Assembly (NCBI RefSeq): GCF_004010195.1
Contig: NC_057752.1
Coordinates: forward strand, 1,536,704 to 1,600,703
DNA from: Chiloscyllium plagiosum
Lineage: Eukaryota
DNA length: 64,000 nucleotides
Direction: 5' to 3'
Made by a program: the position numbers and the translations under genes. Positions 12,150 through 25,314 of the stretch are shown piece after piece. Positions within the stretch are counted from its first letter, which is position 1. Every line of letters begins with the position of its first letter. A model generated the notes under the pieces. The model saw nothing but the letters and a program-made list of their open reading frames with translations, had not been told where the DNA came from and searched no databases.

Positions 12150-12940
12150 ACTTGGCAGATGAAATATAATGGGAATTTGACAGGAAGAATAGAGGGGTTG
12201 AATATTATTGAAACGGAGAAGTACAGCAGAAAGCTATAGAACAGAGAGATTTGGGAGTCCTCATCCATGAAACACAAAAAGCTAGCATGAAAGTTCAATG
12301 GGTAATAAGGAAGGCAAATGGAATGTTGGCCTTTGTTTCAAAGGGAATGGAGTATAGAAATAGGGAGATTTTGTTAAAATTATACCAGGCACTAGTCAGA
12401 CCACAGCTGGAATAGTGTGAACAGTGTTGGGACCATTACCTAACAAAAAAAACTGACATTGGAGGCAGTCCAGTGCAGATTTATTTGGCTGATCCTGAAT
12501 ATGGAGGGACTATCTTAGGAGGTGAGGTTGAGTAGATTGGGCCTTTACTCACGGGAATATCCATGAATGAGAGGCAACCTTATTGAAAGATCCAGTATTC
12601 GAATGGGACTTGACAGGGTAGGTGTGGAGAAGTTGTTTCCCCTTTGTGGGAAAGTCTAGGACCAGAAGGTATAACCTCAGAATAAGAGGGCAAACATTAA
12701 ATATACTGAGGAGGAATTTCTTCTCAGATAGAAGTAAGTTTGTGGCATTCTTTACCAGAGAGGGCTGTTGACATTGGGTCATTAAGTGTATTCAAAGCTG
12801 AGACAAATTGATTTTTAATCAGTAAGGGGAATCAGGGACTATGGGGAAAAGGCAGGAAAGTGGAGTCGAGGATGGTCAGATTACCTATGACCTGATTGTG
12901 CAGTAGAGTAGACTCGGTGGGCTGAACAGTCTACTTCTGC
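12150..12940 (+). mobile_element. Older CR1 LINE 3' region, degenerate
   Basis: Decayed LYxALVRPxLExCEQxW motif, RNFFS motif and CR1 3' UTR. Confidence 0.85.
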
Positions 12941-12942
12941 TT

Positions 12943-13250
12943 AAATTAGATTATCTACAATATGGAAACAGGCCACTTGGCCCAGCAAGTCCACACCGAC
13001 CCTCTGAAGAGTAACCCACCGAAACCCATTTCCCTTTGAATTATGTACCTAACACTATGGGCAATTTAGCATGGCCAATTCATCTAACCTGCACATCTTT
13101 GGACTGTGGGAGGAAACCGGAGCACCTGCAGAGGACCCACACAGACAGAGGGAGTATGTGCAAACTCCACACAGACAGCCACCCAAGGCAGAATCCGAAC
13201 CCAAGTTCCTGGTGCTATGAGGCCACAGTGCTAACCATGGAGCCACCATA
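12943..13250 (-). mobile_element. HE1-type V-SINE
   Basis: attagatt tail, V-domain and tRNA head on the minus strand. Confidence 0.9.
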
Positions 13251-13849
13251 CCACCTATGTCTTAAGGTCTCATGATTACACCAGTATCAACTGTACCCCA
13301 GATACAGCTTCCAATGCAATTCCTATTTCCTAGAATTGACCTGTTTCATTGCCACATGAAAGTGAAGAGTCGTTGATCGTTGACATTCGGGTGGAAATTG
13401 CCTGTAGGCATCTTGAATTTAATGCAATAAGGACACAAGTGAATTTCTTTTGTCAGATTAGATTTAAAATTGCAGAGCATAGCTTCGGCTGTCATTGCAC
13501 TATCATGTCAAACTTGAAGTTTTCCCTGTCCTCTGTTTCCTGCCATTTCTTGCATTCTGTAGTTAGCTTTGTGGGTTTGATATCTTCAGTGGAATAGTTA
13601 CTTAAAATAAAAGCAGCATGACTTGTATAAGACTAGAAAGGGCGTTGTCTGAGAAACTAAGTTTAATGAGAGACTATTTGGATGTTAATGGTTCTCCTCT
13701 GTTCTCTCCTCATCCTGTTGCCTCAAGTTGGGTTCTGGTTCTAAGAACGGTGATATAAGTGACTAAACACTGAATACATCGGTGTGCCACTCCTCTGCCC
13801 AAAGCTTCAGCAAAAGCAGCATCTTCAGTCAAGCGTGTGAACCCATCAA

Positions 13850-14108
13850 ATACTACAGTGTAGGACCAGGCCATTTGGCCCATTGACCCCACCAAAGAAC
13901 ATCCCACTTAGACTCACCTCCACCCTGCTTGCACACTACAGGCAATTTAGCATGGCCAATCCACCTGACCAGTACCTCTTTGGATTGTGTGAGGAAACCC
14001 ACACAGACACAGGGAGAGTGTGCAAACTCCACACAAGCAGTCGCCCGAGGGTGGAATTGAACCCAGGTCCCTGAGGTGGTAGTGCTAATCACTGAGCCAC
14101 CATGCTGC
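13850..14108 (-). mobile_element. HE1-type V-SINE
   Basis: V-domain and head (cactgagccaccatgctgcc). Confidence 0.85.
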
Positions 14109-14264
14109 CTTAAATTGTCTGCTAATATCACTAATGTTCATTTCTAGAATTGAGCATGGACCTTTTGACCATGGAAGATCAACACATCCAACATAAATTC
14201 TCTTCTCACCTAAATCCACCTATCTTCCGATCTGTATGGTTTAGCCTTATACTGGTTGGTGAAT

Positions 14265-14590
14265 TTCCCACCAGACTCCGAAGATAGCCACTTCCAAACC
14301 CACAGCTTCTCCTGTTTGGAAGGACAATGGTAGCAGATACAAGGGAACACCACCCTCTGCAAGTTCCCCTCCAAACCACTCACCACCCTGATTCGAGATA
14401 TATTGCTGTTCCTTCGGTGTCACTGGGTCAAAGTCCTGGAACTTCCTTCCGAAGAGCATTGTGGGTCTACCTACAGCGCATAGACTGCAGTGGTTCAAGA
14501 AGGCAGCTCACCCCCACCTTCTCAAGGGGCAACTAGGGATGGGCAATAAATGCAGTGATGCCCACCTCCTGAGAGAGAATTAAAAAAAAC
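14265..14590 (+). mobile_element. LINE family B 3' end
   Basis: EHHPLQVPLQ peptide; tail gggcaactagggatgggcaataaatgc...aattaaaaaaaa. Confidence 0.8.
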
Positions 14591-14669
14591 ACTTAAATCA
14601 CTGAGGCCTTGCCAAGTTAATATAGGAAAAATAAGCACAAGTGCAGAGGATTCACTGCAAATTTGATTG

Positions 14670-15862
14670 TTGTTATCTGAACAAGACCACCAAATTTATG
14701 TTTACAATTTGGTTAGATTCAGTTTTTATTTGCTTGAAGTTGACAAAGGTCAAAATCCCGGAGACTAAGAGAATAAAGTCACAAGATGCCATGGTTTTGA
14801 ACAAACAAGTTAAATTTTACAAAACAATCTAGAATATATGTGCGACTTATTTTGGATTAACATGAGGTAAGTATGAGTTAACAGACAAACTGTGTTCAAA
14901 AACCCTATCGACTGCATTTTAAATAGTCAATGTGGACACGACAGATCCCACCCAGCCATTAGTGACATTGTCACCAAATTTCATTGAAACTCTGTCTCCT
15001 TTGCAAAGAATTCCATTTCTTCACCTTTGAAGGTAGAAACACCTTTAAAGTCTCTCCAATTTAGATTGCCTCAATGACTGCTCATTCTTGATATTTCAAT
15101 CTCTTCACCTGACACTGACTTCCTGATCCCAAATGTTTAATTATCCATGCAATTTCAGCTTTAATCAAGCATCTTCATTGAGCTGTTGTTGAATTTCTCT
15201 AAGCTCCAATCTTTCTCTGCTGCATCTAGCAGTTACTACTTGTTGGATTTCTTGTGGGATTCACTTAGTTGCACTGAACTAATCAGTGCATCCCAGGGAC
15301 TTCCCCTGTCCCATCAGCGTGGAAACTGCTAACAGCAGAAATTGTTTTGCCTGAAGTGACTTCTTTGCCTCATCACTCTCTCAACTTCAAACTGCAATAA
15401 ACATCTCCCAGCAAACACACCGAGAAATTGAAACCGGAAAACCTGTATAAGCTCCACCCACTCTAGGAAAATATAGCCTGTTCCAGGCTGTCTTTGACCT
15501 GATCTCGGCTTAAAAGCATTCAGTCACCCAGAATTTTACTCTAACTACCTCTGGACTGCAATCTCCAGCTAAGTCAATTCAACTGCTGTTTTTGTACTCC
15601 ATCTCTTTTATTCTGATTCCCTTAAATAAACATGGGTATCTTTTTGAGCTGCCATTTGTTTAGGTGATCTGACAATCACTCACTCCAGCATTCTGATTAC
15701 TTTTCCTTCCTAACTGTTAACCTTTTCAGACAATATGACCCCAACCTTTTAAGCACACTAGACTTCAAGGTATTTCAGTTGCATTTGTTCCATTTTCTCC
15801 TGTTTAATTTTTGATTTTATGAATTAGAGTTTAATACTAAAATACGTAAACCACAAAAGAAC
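14670..15862 (-). mobile_element. Possible degenerate solo LTR
   Basis: Left end tgttat...agacc resembles the reverse complement of the LTR end at 52906; AT-rich; boundaries uncertain. Confidence 0.3.
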
Positions 15863-16189
15863 AGGATGCGTATTAAACTGTAGAAAGTCTTGGCTGAATC
15901 AGCCTGCAGACAACAGTGCTACCAGGTACAGACAATGGTGATGCTGTAGTGCTGATTCCCAGTGCTAAAGCCAAACTGACTTATAAATATAAATTAACAG
16001 TAGCTTCTTCCTTTTCCCAGTAAAACACACAATGCAAAGATGATTTGCTGGACTGCAGGAAAGGACAATAATTGGCAACTTTAGAAGCTACATAAACAAT
16101 GACGTGGAAACTGTTTGAAGCATTGTAATCTATGGAGGGGAAGACCTGCTGTTAGGACCGTGTGTCAAAAGTTCCCCAATTATTTGAAA

Positions 16190-16400
16190 GTCAGGAAGTG
16201 TGGATCCTTCACCTGTTAAGGATGTGTGGATCAGCATAAAATTATTAAAGTGGGAGCTTCAGTATTAGGTATGCTGGTCAATATTTTTCCTTTCCACCAA
16301 TATCAGTGAAACATGGTAATTATCGCACTGCTATTTTTGGGCACTTGCAGTGCAAACATTGGCTGCAGCGTTCCCTGCATGGTAACATCACACGGGTAGT
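16190..16400 (+). mobile_element. Deu-domain SINE relic
   Basis: gctggtcaatattttt...ttgggcacttgcagtgcaaacattggctgcagcgttccctgcat. Confidence 0.5.
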
Positions 16401-16639
16401 TCGTAGTCTATCAAGTACTTTAGGAGCTGTCTCTCGATTAATCTGCGCAGCCAGGCAGCAAACTGAAATTTTCTGGGCAAGTTGCGCACAATTCAACCCC
16501 TCTAACATACTTTGTGTGCAGCACAGAGAGAATGGAAAGATCCCACACATGCAAATGAATAGGCCGCACATAGCTAACACAAATGAGAAGTGACACTGGG
16601 TTGCCCTGAGGCTGTACGGTGTATGCGCCAAGGGGAGGT

Positions 16640-17455
16640 GATGAACGAGTGGTATAATAGCGAGATGATTAAACCAAATGTCAAAATCGTGTTCCGGGGT
16701 CCCAAGTTTGAATCTCACCATGGACGACGGAGTTTGAATTTGATTTTTTAAAAGTCTGGCATTAAGAGTCTAACAATGATCATAAAATTATGGTCAATTG
16801 TCAGAAAAATACCACCTGGTTCATTAGTATTATAGAATGATAAAGATGTACAGCATGGAAACAGACCCTTTGATCCAACTCATCCATGCCGACCAGATAT
16901 CCTAAATTAATCTAGTCCCATTTGCCAGCACTTGGACCATATCCCTCTAAGTCCTTCCTATTCATACAACCATCAATGCCTTTTAAATGTTGTAATTGTA
17001 CCAGCCTCCACCACTTCCTCTGGCAGCTCATTCCATACACACACCACCCTCTGCAGGAAAAAGTTGCCTCGGAGGTCCCTTTTAAATCTTTCCCCTCTCA
17101 CCCTAGTTTTGGACTCCTGTACCCTGGGGAAAAGGCCTTGGCCATTTACCTTATCCATGCCCCTCGTGATTTTATAAACCTCTACAAGGTAACCCCTCAG
17201 CCTCCGACACTCCTGGGAAACAGCCCCAGCCTATTCAGCCTCGCCCTATAGCTTAAGTCCTCCAACCCTGGCAACATCCTTGCAAATCTTTCAAGTTTCA
17301 CAACTTCAGAGAAAGAAATCTGCCATCCTTATCCATCTATCCTACATGTGACTCCAGACCCACAGCAATGTGATTGACTCTCAACTGCCCACTGGGCAAT
17401 AAATGCTGGGCAAACCAGCAATGCCCACATCCTGTGAATGAATTAAAGTAAAAGT
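16640..17455 (+). mobile_element. Family-B-tailed SINE split by a CR1 insertion
   Basis: Head at 16640-16830; resumes at 17306 (gaaagaaatctgccatcc...cccacatcctgtgaatgaattaaa). Confidence 0.7.
16832..17305 (-). mobile_element. CR1/HER1 LINE 3' end
   Basis: RGERFKRDLRGNFFLQRVVCVWNELPEEVVEAG. Confidence 0.92.
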
Positions 17456-17784
17456 ATTTTCTATGGATTTGTTTTGGCTTCCTAATTACCTCAGTGGGTA
17501 AATACAGTATCCTGTGTTATAATGAACCACACAGAGCAGAAACATGCCACATTGAATTCGCCATCTGCATTAAGTTACCTGCTTTCGTTTACAATGGCTG
17601 CATTGATCCCTAGGCTAGGGAGGGGTATTGATGGCTAAAGTGACTGGTCCTGATCATTAACTAGTGGTCCTGTTGGCATGTTTATCAAATAGTTCAGCAA
17701 GCATTGAGCTTACCTGTGATCAGACAGCCGCTCCCAACTAGTTACTATGTCGACTCAACGTCGAATGGAAACACAAGAGGATGT

Positions 17785-18097
17785 TACAACTTCATCCTTT
17801 CTAAATCTTTCCTCTTTCACCTTCAAACTATGCCCTCTAATTTTGGACTCTCCCACCCCAGGAAAAAGACCTTGGATATTCACCCTATCCATGCGCTTCA
17901 TGATTTTATAAACCTCTATAAGGTCACCCCTCAGCCTCTCACGCTCCAGTGAAAAAATGCCCCAGCATATTCAGCCTCTCGCTATAGCCCAAACCTTTTG
18001 GGAATGGGTCTGAGTGGGTTACGCTTCGAAGGGTCGGTGTGGACTTGTTGGGCCGAAGGGCCTGTTTCCATACTGTAGGGAATCTAATCTAATCTAA
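17785..18097. mobile_element. CR1 fragment (-) fused to an HE1 SINE 3' tail (+)
   Basis: aggtcacccctcagcctc motif, then gggtcggtgtggacttgttgggccgaagggcctg...(aatct)n. Confidence 0.75.
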
Positions 18098-19309
18098 TCC
18101 CTTCCAAGTTATCACTGTTAAGGGAAGTACAGGGGCTGTTACCTGACAGCAGGGCTGAGATGGTCATGTGTTACAATCTAAAGTGCAAACCGAAACATCA
18201 AGGCTTTTCCAGTGTGAAATATTGCTCCACATCAGAACTTTTTTCGAAAGGACTCTTTCTAAGATCCTTCCATATGTTTGCTAAAATTGGTTATTCTTCA
18301 CAGATCATGACCAAGTGCCCTGGGGATCTATTGGGATTTCAAAGAATTTCTCTTGTCTTGTGAAAGTGCAGATATTCTGAGAGTGCTGAGTCTCCCATCA
18401 GGCCATATGTTACCGTACATGCTGTTTGTGTTCTTCAGTGGGGCTTTGCCCTTTTGCGTGCCCCACAATCTGAAAAGAGTCAATCACTTCCTGAGGAGTG
18501 GGATGCTGGAATGCTTTATTTAATCATTGTTATTATCTTTTGGTATTCTTGCAAATTGTCCTGATGAGTGCAAGGTTAGGCAAACGTGACTTTAATTTTC
18601 AGCAAAATGAAGTTCTGTACTAGCCAGCATTTTTCTTTCATTTATTTTGCTGCTCTTGCCTGCTGGAACACCTAAATGTCTGTATTCTTCCTGGCAGATA
18701 GTTGGAGAGCTTCGACAGCAGGAAAGGTGCTTTATTATATAAGTACAGTAAGGTTTGTGAAGACACTCCAAAGCAGCATTAAATTCACTAAAAAGGTCTT
18801 CCCACCCTTGGTAAGACTGTGACGAAGCTGTCTTCAGCAATAAATTTGAAAGCACTGTGCTGCACTCCTATTCTCTCCCCCCCCCCCCCCAAACACGTGA
18901 TTCTGTGGAGCAAATGATAGCAGCAGTGAAAAATCCAAACAGTAATAAACACATGTGAATTATCATCCAGCACTTGGCAATGCCTTCCGCAAACTGACTC
19001 AATCCAAGAATTGATTGCTCCTCCAAAATGTATCGAATACTTCACTGGTGATGGTGTGAATTCCACTGTTTACTCATTGTTCTCAGACTGCTAATGCTGG
19101 TAGACGCATGAATGCCTGTGAGGAGAGAATTGGGAGTCTTCTTTGGGTGGTCCCATTCAATCCCCCATTCCCTTTTGGCGAGGAATGAGAGGGATGATAT
19201 TATGAACCGTACATACATACAACCCAAGTCTGGGAAAGTGCTCGGCGTCCAGCTCTCATCACTGATATCAATACTAGTGGGAAGGGCTTGCAATAATTAG
19301 ATTTATTGT

Positions 19310-19625
19310 TGGCAGTGCCATCTTTTGGGTGAGATGTTAAACTGAAGGTCTGCCAGCCTTCTCAGGTGGGCATGGATGATCCCATGGAATTGAGTAGGGG
19401 CAATTTTCCCAGTGCTGTGTTCACTATCTAACCTTCAAAGGCCATCACTTAAATGACATGGTCTGGTCATTTATCTCATTTCTGTTTGAGGGGAGTTACT
19501 GTATGTGAATTGGTTTTTACATTGTGTTTTCTACATTACTAGCATCTGAAAAACACTTTATTATTTGCGAAATGTTTTGGGCCAGTCTGAGATTCTGAAG
19601 GAGGCTGGATAAACACGAGTCCGTT
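19310..19625 (+). mobile_element. Deu-domain (SacSINE1-like) SINE relic
   Basis: gtgccatcttttgggtgagatgttaaactgaagg...ctcaggtgg...gatcccatgg matches the Deu core. Confidence 0.65.
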
Positions 19626-19919
19626 TTTATTTAACAAAGTCGAAAGGAGTCACCTGTTTCCCACTTGTGTTGCCAAGCAAAGCTGAGCCCCCTTTCCTGA
19701 AGGTCAAAGGTTGTCGTGTGAGCAAGGTGGCCATCATAGTTAGGGCTAAGTAACTACGTTCACAGTGAGGTAGGTCATTGGTAGACACTACTCTATTCAT
19801 AATGTTGGTGTTGGTGCCAAGGTTGGATCCCATGGAAGCCATGACTGTGTAAAGTGGTGATGACACTTATCCTTTTCCTTCCTCCCTGCAGGTTTATTCT
19901 CTGGATATGGGTAGTTTTT

Positions 19920-20250
19920 TGTCATTTGTTCATGGGATGTTGGCACTGGCTAGGCCAGCATTTATTGCCCATCTCTAGTTGCCTGGAGGACAATTAAGAG
20001 TCAACCATGTTGCTGTAGGTCTGGAGTCACATGTCAGCCAGACCAAGGATGACTTCTTTCACTGAAGGGAATTTGGGAACCAGATGAATTTTTATCGTCA
20101 TCCACAGTGGTCAACATTAGGGCAAACATTTTAATTCTGTTTTTGTTTTAATTGAAGCCGAATCGGATTGTCTACCATGGTGGGGACTGAACCCATGTCC
20201 CGAGAGCATTAGCCTGGCGTTCTGGATTAGTAGCCCAGTGACAGTACCAT
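19920..20250 (-). mobile_element. Family-B-tailed SINE
   Basis: catgggatgttggcactggctaggccagcatttattgcc tail; ggtctggagtcacatg body. Confidence 0.7.
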
Positions 20251-20261
20251 TAGATGTGGGG

Positions 20262-20580
20262 CATCTAAGCAGAAGCAGAGTTAATGGTTTAGTCCAGTAT
20301 GACTTCTTCAGAACTCTGAAAAAGAGTCGTATCGGACTCTAAACGTTAACTCTGTTTCTCTCTCCACAGATGCTGCCCAACCTGCTGAGTTTCCTTCAGT
20401 GTCACTGGGTCAAAATCCTGGAATTCCCTCCCTAAGGGCATTGTGGGTCTACCTATAGCACATGGACTGCAGTAGTTCAAGAAGGCAGCTCACCCCCACC
20501 TTCTCAAGGGGCAACTAGGGATGGGAGCAATAAATCCTGGTCTAACGAGCAATGCCCACATCCCATGAGCAAATAAAGAA
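20262..20580. mobile_element. Palindromic PLE mini-element (20262-20392) abutting a LINE family B 3' end (+)
   Basis: agagttaa...cttcttcaga / ctctgaaaaagagtcgtatcggactctaaacgttaactctg, then ctgggtcaaaatcctggaattcc...gcaataaa. Confidence 0.65.
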
Positions 20581-21511
20581 ACGGTTAGGAGGGGAAGTTA
20601 CCTTGCCTAAAGGACACGAGTGAACTGGTTGCGTTTACGATGGAAAGTTGCATGGTCATTTTCACTTGATAGCATCTTTTTAATATGGAATGTTTGTTTG
20701 AAGCACTGAACTCGGATCCCCTCCAGCTATCACTGCGTGATCTGAACTCACTGATTCCTCATTCAGCAGCATAATCACGACATGACAGTACCCATAAAAC
20801 AAGGGAGTAGGGGATGATTTGACTTTTTAAAGAGGTGCCTGGCTGGCTGTCATTATGCGGATCTCTGCCCGTGTCGAATGCGTGAATGTACATGCGTATA
20901 AATGATCCATGTGGGTCGCAAAAATCCAGGAGCAGCTGTTCTACAAATTGCTTTGTGGTGGAACAGCCAGGATCTCTAACCTTTGGAATCCCGGAGGACC
21001 AAGCATTGCAGAGAGTGGCATTTTCTGTTCAATGACTATGGAATTTGTTAGGAATATATTACGAGCAGGATTTAACCCTTTAGGTCCCCACCATAATTAA
21101 ATAGCAAATAATGGGGGGCAGCATGTCAGAAGAACATCTCACAGTTGAATTCAGGCTGACAACAGTGAACGGGTGAGGCTTTAACAGTTTGTCGCGAAAC
21201 TCTGCCATGAGGGTCTCTTTGCATTGCTAACACTTCCAATTGCTCGCTCTGTATGTCGGTCGGACATGGGAGGATTTCCATTCATGAACATTACCATGAG
21301 CTTGACGTGACGACTTGAATTGATACTCTGGAAAGCTGATTGAAAAACTCGATTAAATTTGTGTTTTGGCCACTGTCAGAATTTAGTCAACCGGTGAGAG
21401 AATCTGGTCGCTCTGCGCATTTCCTTTCCCTTTCATCAACAGCACCTTACATTTTATATAGTGCCTATAAATCATCCCATGGTGCTTCCTGGGTGGGTTA
21501 CTAATTGAAAG

Positions 21512-22018
21512 GTTGTGTTCAGTTCTGGGTGCCTCATTATAGCAAGGATGTGGAAGCTTTAGAGAGGGTGCAGAGGAGATTTCCCAGGATGCTGCCTGGA
21601 CTGGAAGGGCAGGTCTTATGAAGAGAGGTTGTGGGAGCTAGGGCTTTTCTCATTGGAATGAAGAAGGATGAGAGATGACTTGATAGAGGTGTACAAGATG
21701 ATGAGAGGCATAGATAGAATGGATAGATAGAGACTTTTTCCCAGGGCGGAAATGGCTATCACGAAGGTGAATAATTTTAAGGTAATTAAGGTAATGAGGA
21801 AGGTTTAGGGGAGATGTCAGAGGTAGGTCCTTGACACAGAGAGTGGTGGGTGTGTGGAATGCACTGCCAGCAGTGGGAGTAGAGTCAGATACATTAGGGA
21901 CATTTAAGCGACTCTTGGATAGGCACATGGATGATAGAAAAATGAAGGGTATAGAGTAGGATAAAAAGTCGGCACAACATCGAGGGCCGAAGGGCCTGTA
22001 CTGCGCTATGTTCTAGGT
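21512..22018 (+). mobile_element. CR1 LINE 3' end inserted into an L2-type relic (21440-22230, -)
   Basis: QFWVPHYSKDVEALERVQRRF motif through the tail tatgttcta; flanks resemble an L2 3' end. Confidence 0.85.
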
Positions 22019-22431
22019 TGACACTGGTCCACGTAGTGATATTGGGACAAGTGATTAAAACCTAGCTCAAAGGGGAGCCTCTTAAAGGCTAAGAGACCGG
22101 TAGGTTGGGGAGAAAATTCCAGAGCTTGGGCCGTGGTGGGCTGAAATCACAGGCACCCTGGTGGGAATGAAAAGAAATGTGGAATAGCAAGAGACCATTA
22201 TGTGAGGAAGTTTTGAGGGGGGGGGGTGCAGTAGTATTGGTTGTAAATCTGGAGGCGGTATGATCCCTATAGTGTGAGAGCAGGCCATTCAGCCCATCAA
22301 ATCCACACCAACCCACTGAAGAGCATCCCACCCTCTACTCCTCCAAAGGGTGGAATCAAACCCAGGTCCCTGGCACTGTGAGACAGCAGTGCTAACCACT
22401 GAGCCACCCTGTTCACCCAGTGATTGCTACC

Positions 22432-23021
22432 TGTGAGATTTCAGATGTTGTGGGATGTCTCATGGTCAGTACACCTTTAAGAGGCATGCTCATGACATTA
22501 GCACTGTATCATAGCATGTGACCTGATGGTATAATGATCTCAGACTCCATCTTCACTGGACAAGATACTAGGAGAAAGCTTTCAGTTGTAATCTAATAGC
22601 TCAGTGATAGCTCAGATACTGACATGATTAGATTAGATTCCCCTACAATGTAGAAACAGGCCCTTCGGCCCAACAAGTCCACACTCACCCTCCGAAGAGT
22701 AACCCACCCAGACCCATTTCTCTCTGACTAATGCACCTAACACTATGGACAATTTTGGAATGGCCATTTCACCTGACCTGCACATCTTTGGACTGTGGGA
22801 GGAAACCGGAGCACCCAGAGGAAACCCACGCAGACACGGGGAGAACGTGCAAACTCCACACAGACAGTCGCTGGAGGTTAGAATCGAACCTGGGTCCCTG
22901 GCGCTGTGAGGCAGCAGTGCTAACCACTGTGCCACCATGCTGCCCCTGTGAATATAATGTTAATAGCTAGTTGTAATAAATGTCAGATTCTCAATACCTC
23001 TATTGACATCCAGTTCTCACA
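22432..23021 (+). mobile_element. Probable solo LTR interrupted by an HE1 SINE
   Basis: 7-bp terminal inverted repeat TGTGAGA...TCTCACA; aataaa near the 3' end; no matching TSD. Confidence 0.5.
22627..22943 (-). mobile_element. HE1-type V-SINE, full length
   Basis: Complete head, V-domain and (agatt)n tail. Confidence 0.93.
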
Positions 23022-23305
23022 TTATGAGAGATCACCCAAGCATTGCTACCCGACTGAAGGCAAAATCACATCCATGGAGGTAGAATAGTTCCATGACTGA
23101 ATGGCAGGATGCAACATCTGATTAATTTTCTGCTTGTGGTATCCTGCAGAACACGGTGGCTTATTGTCCCATTTTATGTGTCACCCTCGAGCTGAGCTAG
23201 TTTGACTTCTGAATTCATGAAAAGAAACAATTTGGAGCTCCAAAGCCCGTGGTTGCAACTAAGGCTGAAAAGAAAAAGGAAGAAAATGGGATTATAGGGG
23301 TTGAT

Positions 23306-23419
23306 AGGGCAAGAGTGAGGACTGCAGCTGCTGAAGCTCAGAGTCTGGATTAGAGTGGTGCTGGAAAAACACAGCATCCGAGGAGCAGGAAAATCGGGCA
23401 AAAGCCCTTCATCAGGATC
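23306..23419 (-). mobile_element. PLE mini-element (family 1), GAAAC box deleted
   Basis: TSD aggggttgat at 23296-23305 and 23420-23429; minus strand ctgatga-agggcttttgccc. Confidence 0.75.
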
Positions 23420-24544
23420 AGGGGTTGATGTTGCACAAGCATGTCTGGGTACGCAGGGAGGAGGGAAACTCTGACCATCGGGCTAGGCAAGCAGCCAAGA
23501 ACAAGGAGCGAGCAGATCTGATCAAAAAAGGATGGTGTATCAATCTTTTGTGTCACTGGTGGATCATGTGAACGCTGTAACCTACCACATACTGACGCTA
23601 ACAAATGCACCACAGTCATTGTCAGAGGAGAGCCATTGCTCTGTCCTCTGCATCAGCTTTAATAAAGCCATCAGGTTATTTCTCCCATTGCACAACAGGA
23701 TCAAGTAACAGCAGTAGATGTTCCACATTGTTAGGGAAAGAGGGAGAGTTTTAAAGGGCATGAAAGGAGACTAGGAGGAAGAGAAATGGTGCAGAAAGAT
23801 AGCACTGATCATCCAAACTGAGCTCAACTCAGCAGTGCACACCAGGAGGATCCCAGACTGTTCTGCATCTGCTGATCTGAACTAGCTTGGCAGTGGGTAT
23901 ACTTCACTTGGCCTCTGAGAGAGAGATGGGAAGAAATTCAACCTAGCTTTCTGCCGCACATCAGTTTCCAATGGCCTCTGCTTTCATGTGCAGGCATGTG
24001 GATATTTGTCAGGCCAATCTGCTGTGCCCTCAGTGGAGACGTAGCTAACTAACCTTTGTATTCAGGATTTGGAGGTGCCAGTGTTTAACTTTGTATTCAA
24101 GGTTGCACACAAAGAATAAAGGTGAGGTAATGGTGGAAGGTTCACAACTGTCCTCTCCTCCTGTGAGTAGCACCTTCCGCACTGGGGAAGGAGAGAGAAA
24201 ATGAGGGAAAATGCGTTCTATCTAGAACAATGGGCATATTAGAGTGCTTTCAAGGCACTGTTTTAAGCAGGAGTTTCAGTTTACCGTCACTATTTCAGCT
24301 TGGACACGAAAAGCAACCACTGGTTGAGGAATAGCAGTAATGATATCTGCCTGAGCTGTTAAGCTGCACTGCAGCAAGATGCCATTTGTCTCTGTCTAAT
24401 TGGAGATCAGGTCTCTGAACATGCCACACGCCACCTCTATGCTCACCAAGTGATAAGGGGAGTGGAGGGGGGGGGGGGGGCATGATTTTGAAGGACCTGC
24501 CTTAATAGCAATGGGCATAGTCACACTGAATTCTTTGGTGATGC

Positions 24545-24811
24545 ATTCCCGTCTCAGGCGACTGTCTGTGTGGAGTTTGCACATTCTCCCCGTGTCTGCG
24601 TGGGTTTCCTCCGGGTGCTCCGGTTTCCTCCCACAGTCCAAAGATGTGCAGGTCAGGTGAATTGGCCATGCTAAATTGCCTGTAGAGTTAGATGTATTAG
24701 TTAGGGGAATGGGTCTGGGTGGGTTGCTCTTCGGAGGGTCAGTGTGGACTGGTTGGGCCGAAGGGCCTTTTTCCACACTGTAGGGAATCTAACCTGACCT
24801 AATCTAATCTA
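24545..24811 (+). mobile_element. HE1-type V-SINE, 5' truncated
   Basis: V-domain and aatct tail. Confidence 0.9.
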
Positions 24812-25314
24812 AAGCTGATTCTTGCCATCAATCAGACTGTTTGACAGAGCAGTCAGCGCTTGTTTGTAGTAATTTATTAATAGAATAAACATCGCTATTT
24901 TTGACATCTCCTTTGTGACCTTGTCATAAGGACCCAAATTGCTGTGAGATTGCTGGTGCAGGCACTGTTCTACACGGCACCACCTGCGATGCTCAAATCT
25001 TTTAAATGAAATTGTAATTGAATTCTTTGGGTATAATGAGCCATCTTTGTCTATGTGTGTCTGTGTATCTGTGTGTATTTTTAATGCGGCACCATAGCAA
25101 CATTGTTACTTACGAAGAAGGATTTATTGAACTGCTCTGGAAAACAACACATCTCACATGTACTTCTCCCAGTATTTCTCCCCTTCAGTCCTGAAGGTCC
25201 TCACTCTTGCCAGCTGCCTGGCATAATTCCAGTAGGATGTGATGCAAAGTTCTTCAGGCAATGCTCTGACTGCTCTTCGCTTGATGGAAAGAAGCCGATC
25301 TTCATGAAGTGTTC

